Below are positions 1 to 7,974 of a stretch of 64,000 bases of DNA, piece after piece. This stretch comes from Candidatus Parcubacteria bacterium (lineage in GTDB: Bacteria; Patescibacteriota; Patescibacteriia; 2-12-FULL-60-25): contig JBDKJL010000038.1 of NCBI GenBank assembly GCA_039796615.1, positions 78,033 through 142,032 of the forward strand, given 5' to 3'. Below the pieces are notes generated by a model, which did not search any database, was not told where the DNA came from, and saw only the letters and a program-made list of their open reading frames with translations. Numbering within the stretch: position 1 is the stretch's first letter; each line of letters opens with the position of its first letter. The translations under genes and the position numbers were made by a program.

Positions 1-443
1 TGGATGTGCTCGATGAACGGGAGCGTAAAGAGCACCACGATGGCAAGAAACCATCCACGCCGCCAATGCCGTTGTTCCATGAACCATCCAAGCAGGGCGT
101 ACCCTGCCAAAATGGCTGCGCTCGCGGAAAGAATGAACGTGTGCCACAGCGCGGTGTTAAGAAGGTCGAGGCTCAATGCGGCGATAAGAGCGATGGTGAC
201 GGCGCGGGATTGCGTGATGCGTGCGGGGTGACGGTGTCGAAGAAAACAGACAGCCACGGCAAGAATCGCGGCGACGATCACCACATGGATCGGTTGGATA
301 TCCGCTCCGGTGACAAGGCGCCCCAACCAGGCGAGCGCATTGCGAAAAAAGATTGCGAATAAAAAAAGCACCGCTCCATCCGTATACGCCGCAAGGAATT
401 GAACTCCCTTGCGGCGTAGATCGTGCGATGAGATGTGCCTCAT
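1..443 (-). CDS. Polytopic membrane protein, exosortase/archaeosortase-like candidate (N-terminal part only; runs off the window start)
   Basis: It is absent from the ORF track because it has no stop inside the window. My translation from ATG 443..441 reads MRHISSHDLRRKGVQFLAAYTDGAVLFLFAIFFRNALAWLGRLVTGADIQPIHVVIVAAILAVAVCFLRHRHP...LGWFMEQRHWRRGWFLAIVVLFTLPFIEH. It has several hydrophobic helices and an LP(F) motif after a helix, as seen in exosortases. Its ATG overlaps the TGA of the upstream PEP-CTERM gene (ATGA at 440..443). The family call rests on context and topology only. Confidence 0.4.
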   Translation of the reverse strand, partial: MRHISSHDLRRKGVQFLAAYTDGAVLFLFAIFFRNALAWLGRLVTGADIQPIHVVIVAAILAVAVCFLRHRHPARITQSRAVTIALIAALSLDLLNTALWHTFILSASAAILAGYALLGWFMEQRHWRRGWFLAIVVLFTLPFIEHI

Positions 444-3355
444 GACCCTCTGTTGATGGATGCCCGGACAAGTGCCGATACCCGCCGCCGTTGGTGGAAA
501 AGGAGCAGGCCAATTCCGCAGAAGATGAGTGCCCACTCTTCCGGTTCGGGCACGCCGCCCACCGTAAGAGCCGCCTGACCCATGGGGTGATTAAGGATTT
601 CTCCTCCCGTAACATCGAACGTTACCTCAAACGCATCATCCTGCCCCGCCGCTCGTTCCAACTGCTGCTCCTGCCCACGGGTGACGAGTGCGATAAACGA
701 TGAGTAGGGCGTCACGGCCGGAGATTGTTCCACGATACGGTGAATGTCTTCCGCGGGCTTTCCGGCAGCGATGAGTGATCGAGCCCACAGTGCTGTTGCC
801 GTTTTTTGGAGTGGGTCAGGGCCAGCGACGGTGAGCGTGATGTCTCCGGTGAGCCATGGGAGCAAATCATTGGTCGGCATCGCCGTTTTGAGCCATACAC
901 CGTACGCATCGCTCCCGATGACCGCCGTGGGTGCGGTTGAATTTCCGTTTACGGGAAGTGCGAGGTTGTGCAGGGTTTGTGTTGTGCCGAGATGCGCCAG
1001 CGCTTCTTCCGGCGACGACACCACTGCTCCCCGATTGGTAAGGATACGGTGGGTCAACGCATCGTGATATGCCGGGAAGCGGCCATTCGGATGGATGAGG
1101 TAGAGCGGCAAATACTCGGCGTTTGGTTTTGCGATCGTGGTTTCTTCATCTTCTGCGCTCGCGTCTGTCACAAGGAATACGGCGCTGTATCCCGCAGGAA
1201 GGGCATCAAGCGCCCGAATACGATCCGTGCCGCCAAACGGGATGGGCGGCGTGATGTGCGCAACGGATTCCGGTGTAAGGGCGATGCGTTCGCTCAATAT
1301 GGTGTTGAAGTAAAACAGATCCACCGTGTTCCCCTGCTCCGCAAGGCGTGCAAGCGGCATCTGCTCATTAAGGAACGCCGGGATATCGAAATCGCGGTTG
1401 CTGTAAGAGGTGTCGATCATGAGCGCGATACGCTGGCCACGAATTGCCGCGAGCGGATCACCGAGCTCATTCGCACAGCTCCAGGAGCCCTTCATGATCG
1501 GATTTTGGCTATGAGGGATGTACAAGAACATCTGATCCGGCACTCCCGGAACGGGCGTTTGTACCACATTCGTTGGGCAAGGCGTTTGTGTGTTGCGCGC
1601 GATCATGCCGTTTCGTGCTTCTGCGGCGCGACCATCCACGGTGATCCGTTCGATGGTGTGTTGATCACGATACACATTCCGTTCCTCGGCGATAACGGGC
1701 AATGGGATGTCGCGGGTGATATGGGGAACGGTGTACTCAAAGCGGATGCGTTGCGGTTTTATCACGACCCCCTTGTCGACTTCTTCACCCGTTAAGAGCT
1801 GCCCTTCCGGTGGAATCGGGAATACGCGCAAGGTGTATTGTCGCGGCCCCACCTGCTCCAAGAGCGCCGGGTCTACGGGTCGGAGCCGTATTTGATTTTC
1901 GTATGTGCGTCGTGCTGCACCTTTGGGGGCGATCACCCCTTCATATTCCAGTTCCGGCCCAAGCCACAATCCGGTCATCACGGCGGATTCTGGCAGAGAG
2001 AAGGTATAGAAAACCTCTTGAAACTCGTCGGTGGTGTTTGTGTAGGATTCTTCCACCTGCACAACGGCCATGCCGATATCCTCATACATGTTCGCCGACA
2101 CCAAGTGCTCTGCAACATGAACGTGCGTTTCATCACGATCCAGCAAACTCGCTTTAAGCGGATCGCGGGTATTGGTGGAAGAGAGCGCATCGCGAATCGC
2201 CTCCTTTTCTCCATCTTGGATATGCGTGTCGAACAGGGCGCGGTATTGTTTTTCGGCGCGCTCAACGTCGGCGTTAAATGTTCCGCGGTAAATGAAGGGC
2301 GATGCTAAATGGTTGAACAGACGTTGAAACCCTTCCGCATTTTCTTTGGTGAATCCCACTTGGGTTTGGTATCCCTCGGTGAGGATATTGCTCGAGGCAT
2401 CGCCGATATAACGATATTTTGCCAGGTACGCCGTACGAAGATCGCGACGGAGTTCCTCTTCTTCCTGAACAAGGGTGGCGGCGAGTTCCTGTTGCTCGGC
2501 AAAGGTATCAACGTGTTGCGTATTGATGGCTTGATACTTCATCGAGATGTCTTTGCCTGATTGGAGGGAGAGGAGAACGCCGATAAAAATCAGAAGCACG
2601 GTTGCAGCCCCCGTGACGCCGCCCACGACACGCACAGAAAAATGCTTTTGGAGCCGTGTGAGCGTTGCCAAGAAGGATCGCGCGTACAACGTGGTGGTAA
2701 TGATCGGAGAGGCCAGGAAAAATCCAAGAGTGACAATGCCGAGAAGAAGGGAAAAGAGGATGGAGAAAAAGGCCAACCCTTTTGTGTCGACAAGCGTTTC
2801 CCACACGTCCAGATACGGAAAGGAAATAAATCCACGAATAAAAAAGGCAATAATAATTGGAAGGAAGAACAGCGCGAGCAGCGCGCCATACCCAGCAAGC
2901 AGCAACGCCGCTCCTTGGGAAGCGGTATATAGTGCTTGCTGAAGTTTTGTGCGCGCCTGTTCTTTAAAAAGCAAAAAGAGCGTTCCGATCACGCTCACAA
3001 AACTTCCAAGGGTAAAATACCACAATACGGGCGTCATCTGCCGAATGAAGATCATCCGGATAAGCGCCAAAAAAATCAGGGGCATCTCGATGCAAAAGAG
3101 CAACGTAACCAATTTTTTTGGATCTTTTCGCAAACGGGTAAACGCCCCCACGGCGATGGCTGCCGCAGGGGTGAGGAGTAAAATATAGGCCATCACCGCC
3201 ACGTTCCAGGGGATCTCCTGCGCCGCATTTGAAAGTTCTTGGAACAAAAACGGCGCCGTGGTGCTCACGAAAAGCATGTAGATGCCGTTATAAACCCAAA
3301 AAAGGGCATAGAGGAGGTAGCGATTTGTGAAGAAACGGATCAATGCTTGTTTCAT
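440..3355 (-). CDS. PEP-CTERM family integral membrane protein with VIT-like and VWA domains
   Basis: This is a 971-aa ORF. The N-terminal ~270 aa form multiple TM helices. A VIT-like segment follows (FSLPESAVMTGLWLG...YENQIRLRPVDPALLEQVGPRQYTLRVFPIP), then a VWA domain with a MIDAS DxSxS motif (ALMIDTSYS). The C-terminus, GVPEPEEWALIFCGIGLLLFHQRRR, is the PEP motif plus TM helix plus Arg cluster (nt ~443..553). Size and layout match my recollection of the TIGR02921-type PEP-CTERM integral membrane family. Confidence 0.75.
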   Translation of the reverse strand: MKQALIRFFTNRYLLYALFWVYNGIYMLFVSTTAPFLFQELSNAAQEIPWNVAVMAYILLLTPAAAIAVGAFTRLRKDPKKLVTLLFCIEMPLIFLALIRMIFIRQMTPVLWYFTLGSFVSVIGTLFLLFKEQARTKLQQALYTASQGAALLLAGYGALLALFFLPIIIAFFIRGFISFPYLDVWETLVDTKGLAFFSILFSLLLGIVTLGFFLASPIITTTLYARSFLATLTRLQKHFSVRVVGGVTGAATVLLIFIGVLLSLQSGKDISMKYQAINTQHVDTFAEQQELAATLVQEEEELRRDLRTAYLAKYRYIGDASSNILTEGYQTQVGFTKENAEGFQRLFNHLASPFIYRGTFNADVERAEKQYRALFDTHIQDGEKEAIRDALSSTNTRDPLKASLLDRDETHVHVAEHLVSANMYEDIGMAVVQVEESYTNTTDEFQEVFYTFSLPESAVMTGLWLGPELEYEGVIAPKGAARRTYENQIRLRPVDPALLEQVGPRQYTLRVFPIPPEGQLLTGEEVDKGVVIKPQRIRFEYTVPHITRDIPLPVIAEERNVYRDQHTIERITVDGRAAEARNGMIARNTQTPCPTNVVQTPVPGVPDQMFLYIPHSQNPIMKGSWSCANELGDPLAAIRGQRIALMIDTSYSNRDFDIPAFLNEQMPLARLAEQGNTVDLFYFNTILSERIALTPESVAHITPPIPFGGTDRIRALDALPAGYSAVFLVTDASAEDEETTIAKPNAEYLPLYLIHPNGRFPAYHDALTHRILTNRGAVVSSPEEALAHLGTTQTLHNLALPVNGNSTAPTAVIGSDAYGVWLKTAMPTNDLLPWLTGDITLTVAGPDPLQKTATALWARSLIAAGKPAEDIHRIVEQSPAVTPYSSFIALVTRGQEQQLERAAGQDDAFEVTFDVTGGEILNHPMGQAALTVGGVPEPEEWALIFCGIGLLLFHQRRRVSALVRASINRGS

Positions 3356-3390
3356 AAAGATGATGGAGAATGCCCCTTGGTAATGTGCCT

Positions 3391-3419
3391 ACTATCGCGT
3401 GTGAACATCGGATTGTCAA
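3391..3419 (-). promoter_or_regulatory. Sigma-70-type promoter candidate for the PEP-CTERM gene
   Basis: The minus strand reads TTGACA (3419..3414), a 17-nt spacer, then GATAGT (3396..3391), about 35 nt upstream of ATG 3355. Confidence 0.35.
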
Positions 3420-3444
3420 TCCAACCTTGCAAGAGAAGGTTTCT

Positions 3445-3487
3445 CCACAAAATGAAAACCACCCGATGGCCTCCAGGCATCGGGTGG
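3445..3487 (-). terminator. Rho-independent terminator after the 3508..4071 gene
   Basis: Stem CCACCCGATG (3459..3468) pairs with CATCGGGTGG (3478..3487). On the minus-strand transcript it is followed by UUUUCAUUUUGUGG. Confidence 0.6.
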
Positions 3488-3507
3488 GAATAGGTTTTTC
3501 AGATTTT

Positions 3508-4071
3508 TCACGCGTATCGCACAATGATTTCGCGCGATTCGCATGGACCGAGCCGCGGAATGATGGTGCCTTCTTCTTTAGGCATCGCGAACTGCTCGAG
3601 GGCAATAAGCAAAAGCTCGTCTCCAAACAGAGCGGCGTGTGTTGCTGTTCGTGGAGACAGAAGTTTTAGCAGTTTAGCCCACGCCTCTTTTGCGTGTTTC
3701 ATGAGGATGCGACGCGCATCTTCATCCGCAAGATACACGTGAGGTGGCTGATCCCCAATGCGTTTGGAGAGGCTCGTGAACAGCTCGCGCCATTTATTAT
3801 TATGCCCCATATAGAACTCTTCTCGATGCAGAGGAAAAAAATCCTCGCCACAGAGATCCATACACACCGCTTCCGTCGTTCTCATGGCGCAGGGTGTTGG
3901 AGAACTTATGACGAGTTGAGGGACAAAGTCCTCTGCTCGCCAGGCTGCCCCAAGCTCTAGGGCTTTCCGGTGACTCTCCGGCGTAAGATCACCGGTGGAT
4001 GGACTCGGATCCTTCGCGAGTTCGCCATACCGGACGAGCCGCACGAGAGCTTTGTCATTTTGTGTTGTCAA
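3508..4071 (-). CDS. Histidine phosphatase superfamily (SixA/PGAM-like) paralogue with a degenerate catalytic motif
   Basis: This 187-aa ORF has N-terminal LVRLVRYGE where the family has RHGE (His replaced by Tyr), and a second-His region TATHAALFGDE. It is paralogous to 4068..4625 and 11925..12461. The TTG start overlaps the upstream stop by 4 nt; an alternative GVR-proximal GTG start is possible. Confidence 0.55.
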   Translation of the reverse strand: MTTQNDKALVRLVRYGELAKDPSPSTGDLTPESHRKALELGAAWRAEDFVPQLVISSPTPCAMRTTEAVCMDLCGEDFFPLHREEFYMGHNNKWRELFTSLSKRIGDQPPHVYLADEDARRILMKHAKEAWAKLLKLLSPRTATHAALFGDELLLIALEQFAMPKEEGTIIPRLGPCESREIIVRYA

Positions 4072-4625
4072 GGGATGCTCCTTTCTGTGTCCAGACTGAT
4101 CGTGAGCTCATACGTTCCACCTTTCGCGATCCGCAGCGTCAGCGCTGTCGAGTCTTTTTTGCCGCTGACATACCAGATGGTAATGGGAAGGAACGCCGCA
4201 TGACCGACGACCGCGACGCGGCGATCATCCGGTTTGAGTTGACCCAGGATATACCTCGCGGCCGCTGCCCCGTAGGCATTTATGATGGGTTCAAGCTGGG
4301 CGTCCGCAAGCTGCATAGACAACGTTGCGTTCTGGGGGAGACGCTCAAATCCTGACAACAGCTGTTCGCGCCACTCTGGGTCTTTACCGAAATAGAGTGC
4401 GTCCGCGAGATTAATCGTCACGCCCTCCGGGCATACGGCTACCGCCGTTTCTATTGCTCGTATCGTGCGGGACACGATAACAGTATCCGGAACAAAACCC
4501 TCCCGTTGCCAGAGCGCTCCAACGGCTTGTGCCGTTTCACGACCAGCGGGAGAAAGTGACCGGGCGAAATCATTTGCGCCCGGAAGGGCATCCGCGTGGC
4601 ACACGAACCGGAATGTTCTTTTCAA
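4068..4625 (-). CDS. Histidine phosphatase superfamily (SixA-like) protein, non-canonical CHA motif
   Basis: This 185-aa ORF has FRFVCHADA...SLSPAGRETAQAVGALW at the N-terminus, where the family has RHG/RHA, and a VAVVGHAAFL second-His motif. It aligns by eye with 11925..12461. Confidence 0.6.
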   Translation of the reverse strand: MKRTFRFVCHADALPGANDFARSLSPAGRETAQAVGALWQREGFVPDTVIVSRTIRAIETAVAVCPEGVTINLADALYFGKDPEWREQLLSGFERLPQNATLSMQLADAQLEPIINAYGAAAARYILGQLKPDDRRVAVVGHAAFLPITIWYVSGKKDSTALTLRIAKGGTYELTISLDTERSIP

Positions 4626-4677
4626 AGGAACCTCGCTTGTTGAGAGACACTAGCTCGTTATTGAGACTAGCGAAACG

Positions 4678-4706
4678 ATGATACGCAAAAATCCCTAAAA
4701 TGTCAA
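4678..4706 (-). promoter_or_regulatory. Sigma-70-type promoter (TTGACA-17-TATCAT)
   Basis: The minus strand reads TTGACATTTTAGGGATTTTTGCGTATCAT, about 50 nt upstream of ATG 4625. It is nearly identical to the promoter at 12504..12532. Confidence 0.5.
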
Positions 4707-4725
4707 CTCTAGCCGTCTTATAAAA

Positions 4726-5793
4726 TTAGGATGTTTCGTGGCCGTTTCGTTTTTTGAGGGCGATGTAGAGCTCAATAAAGGCCAGGAGCAGGCTCACGGC
4801 CAAGGGGCCGAGGAGGAAGCCAAAGGGGCCAAAAAAGGTAAGGCCGCCGATCACGGCAAGGAGAACTACCAGGGGGTGGAGTTTCATCCCGCTGCCTACG
4901 AGCGTGGGGCCAAGGAGGTTGTCGATAAGCCCTACGGCGATCATCCCCCAAAGCAATAGTCCAAAGGCTGCGAGGGCGTGGCCGGTGAGGAAGAGGAAAA
5001 TAACGGCCGGGGTGATAACGATCGCTGTTCCCACGCCTGGGATGAGCGCCGTGATGGCCGCCATACTCCCCCACAGCGCGGCGTTGGGTACGCCGAACAG
5101 AAACAGCCCGGTGCCGGTGAGCGTGCCTTGAATGAGGGCGATGGCGAGGTTTCCCTTCATCACACTCGACACGGCGGTTTGAAGCCGGGTAACGATAAGC
5201 TGATCATCACGATCTGCGAGCGGGCTAAGCGTGATGAGATAATTTTTGAGCCGATCACCATCTTTTACCAGGAAGAAAAAAGAAATGAGGAAAATGATGC
5301 TGCCGAGCCCCACCTGTGCAGCGCCAGAAAAAGCAACGCCGATATTTTGAGCCAACGCACCTGCGCCTTGGCGAATGGATTGATTAATATCCACCGTAAA
5401 ATCTGCCGGGATGGGGAGCACGGTGCGCAGTTGCGCGATCCCCGTGTTTATCGCCTCCATAAATCCGTCGCGCGTGCCTCCGGCGAGCGCTTGGTAAACG
5501 GCGCGGGATTCCTGGAATAGTTGCACGCCCAGTGCGGTGATGGGAATAAGAATCACCGCCATGGCGAGCACCGTGGTAACGCCGGCCGCGAGCCCCTCGT
5601 GTCCTCGGAACCATTTTCGGAGTCGCTTATAGGGCGCTTGAAACAAAAACGCGAACATCGCCGCCAGGAGCAAGGTGTTGATGAGCGGCTGCACCATGAG
5701 CGCCACAAGCACGAAACATCCAACGAGGCAGATCAACAAAAAAGCCATGGATGTTTTATCAACCGGCACATGGTGAGAAGGAGAGGAGCGCAT
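4726..5793 (-). CDS. AI-2E family transporter (PerM/UPF0118)
   Basis: This 355-aa ORF has 7-8 TM helices and the typical family layout, with the C-terminal segment IDNLLGPTLVGSGMKLHPLVVLLAVIGGLTFFGPFGFLLGPL. Confidence 0.8.
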   Translation of the reverse strand: MRSSPSHHVPVDKTSMAFLLICLVGCFVLVALMVQPLINTLLLAAMFAFLFQAPYKRLRKWFRGHEGLAAGVTTVLAMAVILIPITALGVQLFQESRAVYQALAGGTRDGFMEAINTGIAQLRTVLPIPADFTVDINQSIRQGAGALAQNIGVAFSGAAQVGLGSIIFLISFFFLVKDGDRLKNYLITLSPLADRDDQLIVTRLQTAVSSVMKGNLAIALIQGTLTGTGLFLFGVPNAALWGSMAAITALIPGVGTAIVITPAVIFLFLTGHALAAFGLLLWGMIAVGLIDNLLGPTLVGSGMKLHPLVVLLAVIGGLTFFGPFGFLLGPLAVSLLLAFIELYIALKKRNGHETS

Positions 5794-5824
5794 GGATCTA
5801 TTTTACGATTTTTTTGAAGGGGGT

Positions 5825-5996
5825 GCAAGCGAAAGCAGAACCCCAGATTCTTTTGGGCACACACAGGAGACACCTCTTATTTATGGGCTGCGAGATTGTT
5901 CCGCATCGTGAGAGGCAGAAAAAACAGCTCTCGCCCATAAATAAGAGGTGTCTCCTGTGTGTGCCCAAAAGAATCTGGGGTTCTGCTTTCGCTTGC
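5825..5996. repeat. 172-bp fold-back element, copy 1 (64-bp perfect arms, 44-nt loop)
   Basis: Left arm 5825..5888 is the exact reverse complement of right arm 5933..5996. Loop 5889..5932 is TGCGAGATTGTTCCGCATCGTGAGAGGCAGAAAAAACAGCTCTC. The element starts 2 nt from the TAG stop of the ABC-F gene. Confidence 0.9.
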
Positions 5997-5998
5997 GT

Positions 5999-7480
5999 CT
6001 ATAGCAATGTCTTTAGATCCAATCGTTCATCAAAACGGATCTGGCTCACGAAGTCGGGCGCGTGGCTCACCAGGATAATGCCGCCCTGGTAGGCTTCGAG
6101 GGCTTTGGCGATCACGGGGAGGTGACGAAAATTAATGTGGTTGGTGGGTTCATCCAAAATCAACAGGCCCGGTTTTTGAAGCACGAAGCGCGCAAAGCAC
6201 AGCAGCCCTTTTTGCCCTTCGGACAGCGCGGCCACGGGTTGCTTGAGGAGATCAGAGGTTAAGAGAAACTCCGCGGCTACAGCGCGCAAGCGTTCGTTAT
6301 CTTTCATGTCCATCATTTCTTCGAGCGAGGCGTAGGCGGTTTTGTCGTAATCCAACCCCGAAAAATCCTGGCGGTAGTAGCCCACACGCAAATCCTTGGC
6401 GAACACGGCTCCTTCGTCGCTATTTTCTGCCAGATGCTGGAGCAACGTGGTTTTGCCGATCCCGTTGGGGCCCGAGATCAAGAGACGTTGCCGCTTCCAG
6501 AGCTTTAGGACGTACGGTTTTCGTACCGGCGCGCGATCTTTGATCACGGTAATGCTGTTGATCGTAACGAGCGCCTCGGGCATGTCTTGTGCGGGGATGG
6601 TGAAGTCGCGGATGGTTTTATCGTCACGACGGATTTCTACGATGTTCTCCTCAGCCTCTTCCACCTGATCCCGGAGCTTGCTGGCGAGTTTACGCATCTT
6701 CCCCCCTTTGTTGGCAAAAAAGTTTACTTTGTCTTTACGATCCTGAATCTCTTTAAGCATCCGTGCATTTTGCATGCGATCGCGTTCCAGGCGCGCGGCG
6801 ATTTCTTCGAGCACGTTGTAATAGTTGCCCACGTATTGCTCCACCTTGCCGGTGTGCACATCGAGATGCAGCACGCCTTCGGAAAAGGTGTTCAAAAAAT
6901 CCGCGTCGTGCGAAATCACGAGCACGGTTTTGGGATACATCATCAAAAATCCGGTGAGGTGCTCGATCCCCTCTTTATCCAGATTGTTCGTTGGTTCATC
7001 CAGGAGCAAAATATCCGGTTCCTGGATGAGCGCGTAGGCCAAAAGCAATCGCGCCTGTTGCCCCCCAGAAAAGGTTTTGATCTGTTGCGTGAGGGGCGCG
7101 TCCAGGTTTACCGTTTCGAGCACATTTTTGATGCGGCGATCCAGATCGTATTGGATTTCCGGAAAAGCGTGCGCAAAAAATTCCGACATCGTGTCGTTGT
7201 GATATTCGCGCGGCATCACCTGCAATCCAATTCCGATGGATGCGCCGCTTTGAATATGCACGGCGCCCTCCTGTGGTTTTGTAGCCCCGGTGATCAGTTT
7301 AAAGATGGTGCTCTTCCCTGCCCCGTTTTGACCCATCACCGTTACCTTGGCGTCTTGGCGTACGGAAAAACTCGCTTCATCTAAAATGGCGCGGCCGTCG
7401 TCGTAACGAAAGGTGACGTCGCTAAATCGGATGATGACATTTCCGTGATCGTTTGCCATAGGTGAGGAGGATGATACCAA
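5999..7480 (-). CDS. ABC-F family ATPase (two ABC domains, no TM domain)
   Basis: This 493-aa ORF has two Walker A sites (GQNGAGKST, GPNGIGKTT), two signature motifs (FSGGQQARLLLAYAL, LSEGQKGLLCFARFV), two Walker B motifs (ILLLDEPTN, LLILDEPTN) and a charged interdomain linker. Confidence 0.9.
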   Translation of the reverse strand: MVSSSSPMANDHGNVIIRFSDVTFRYDDGRAILDEASFSVRQDAKVTVMGQNGAGKSTIFKLITGATKPQEGAVHIQSGASIGIGLQVMPREYHNDTMSEFFAHAFPEIQYDLDRRIKNVLETVNLDAPLTQQIKTFSGGQQARLLLAYALIQEPDILLLDEPTNNLDKEGIEHLTGFLMMYPKTVLVISHDADFLNTFSEGVLHLDVHTGKVEQYVGNYYNVLEEIAARLERDRMQNARMLKEIQDRKDKVNFFANKGGKMRKLASKLRDQVEEAEENIVEIRRDDKTIRDFTIPAQDMPEALVTINSITVIKDRAPVRKPYVLKLWKRQRLLISGPNGIGKTTLLQHLAENSDEGAVFAKDLRVGYYRQDFSGLDYDKTAYASLEEMMDMKDNERLRAVAAEFLLTSDLLKQPVAALSEGQKGLLCFARFVLQKPGLLILDEPTNHINFRHLPVIAKALEAYQGGIILVSHAPDFVSQIRFDERLDLKTLL

Positions 7481-7526
7481 ATCCCGACGATGTCGTCGGG
7501 GTTGGGGTGTCGGCGTTGGTTAGAGG

Positions 7527-7919
7527 TTACGCATGCAGCGCAGCCAAAATGGCGTCGAGCTTGGTGTTCATTTCGCGAAGCAGGCGCGTATCCACAGCGT
7601 TTGCCCGGTCTGCGGGGAGTTGAAGAGGGCGCGCATCGTGTTCAAACGGCTTGCGGCCACCACCAAATTTTGGCGCGCCGCCTTCGCTGCCGCCAAAACA
7701 GTCGCGGCACAGCACCGGTTTCTTTCCATTCGGACGGAAGGGCACCTGGCACTTTTTGCTGCATTCGGCGCACACGGCGTCGTACAACATCGGCGTGCCG
7801 CGTTCGCGGTCGCCATAGGCACCGGGCTTTTTAAAGCCGCCACGGTCGCCTCCACCAAACCGCTTCCCGCCGCTCTTTGAGCCGTATGAAGGTTTCCCTC
7901 CGTGTGTAGGTTTATACAT
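7527..7919 (-). CDS. CxxC-x17-CxxC domain protein with Gly/Lys-rich flanks
   Basis: This 130-aa ORF contains CAEC-SKKCQVPFRPNGKKPVL-CRDC, which has exactly 17 residues between the two CxxC pairs. The flanking regions are GG/K-rich and low in complexity. Confidence 0.75.
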   Translation of the reverse strand: MYKPTHGGKPSYGSKSGGKRFGGGDRGGFKKPGAYGDRERGTPMLYDAVCAECSKKCQVPFRPNGKKPVLCRDCFGGSEGGAPKFGGGRKPFEHDARPLQLPADRANAVDTRLLREMNTKLDAILAALHA

Positions 7920-7930
7920 ATGAGAACGCG

Positions 7931-7959
7931 ACTATACACGTGTTAGGGATATTTGACAA
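7931..7959 (-). promoter_or_regulatory. Sigma-70-type promoter candidate (TTGTCA-17-TATAGT)
   Basis: The minus strand reads TTGTCAAATATCCCTAACACGTGTATAGT, ending 11 nt before ATG 7919. This implies a very short leader. Confidence 0.4.
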
Positions 7960-7974
7960 GGGCGGGAGATGATT

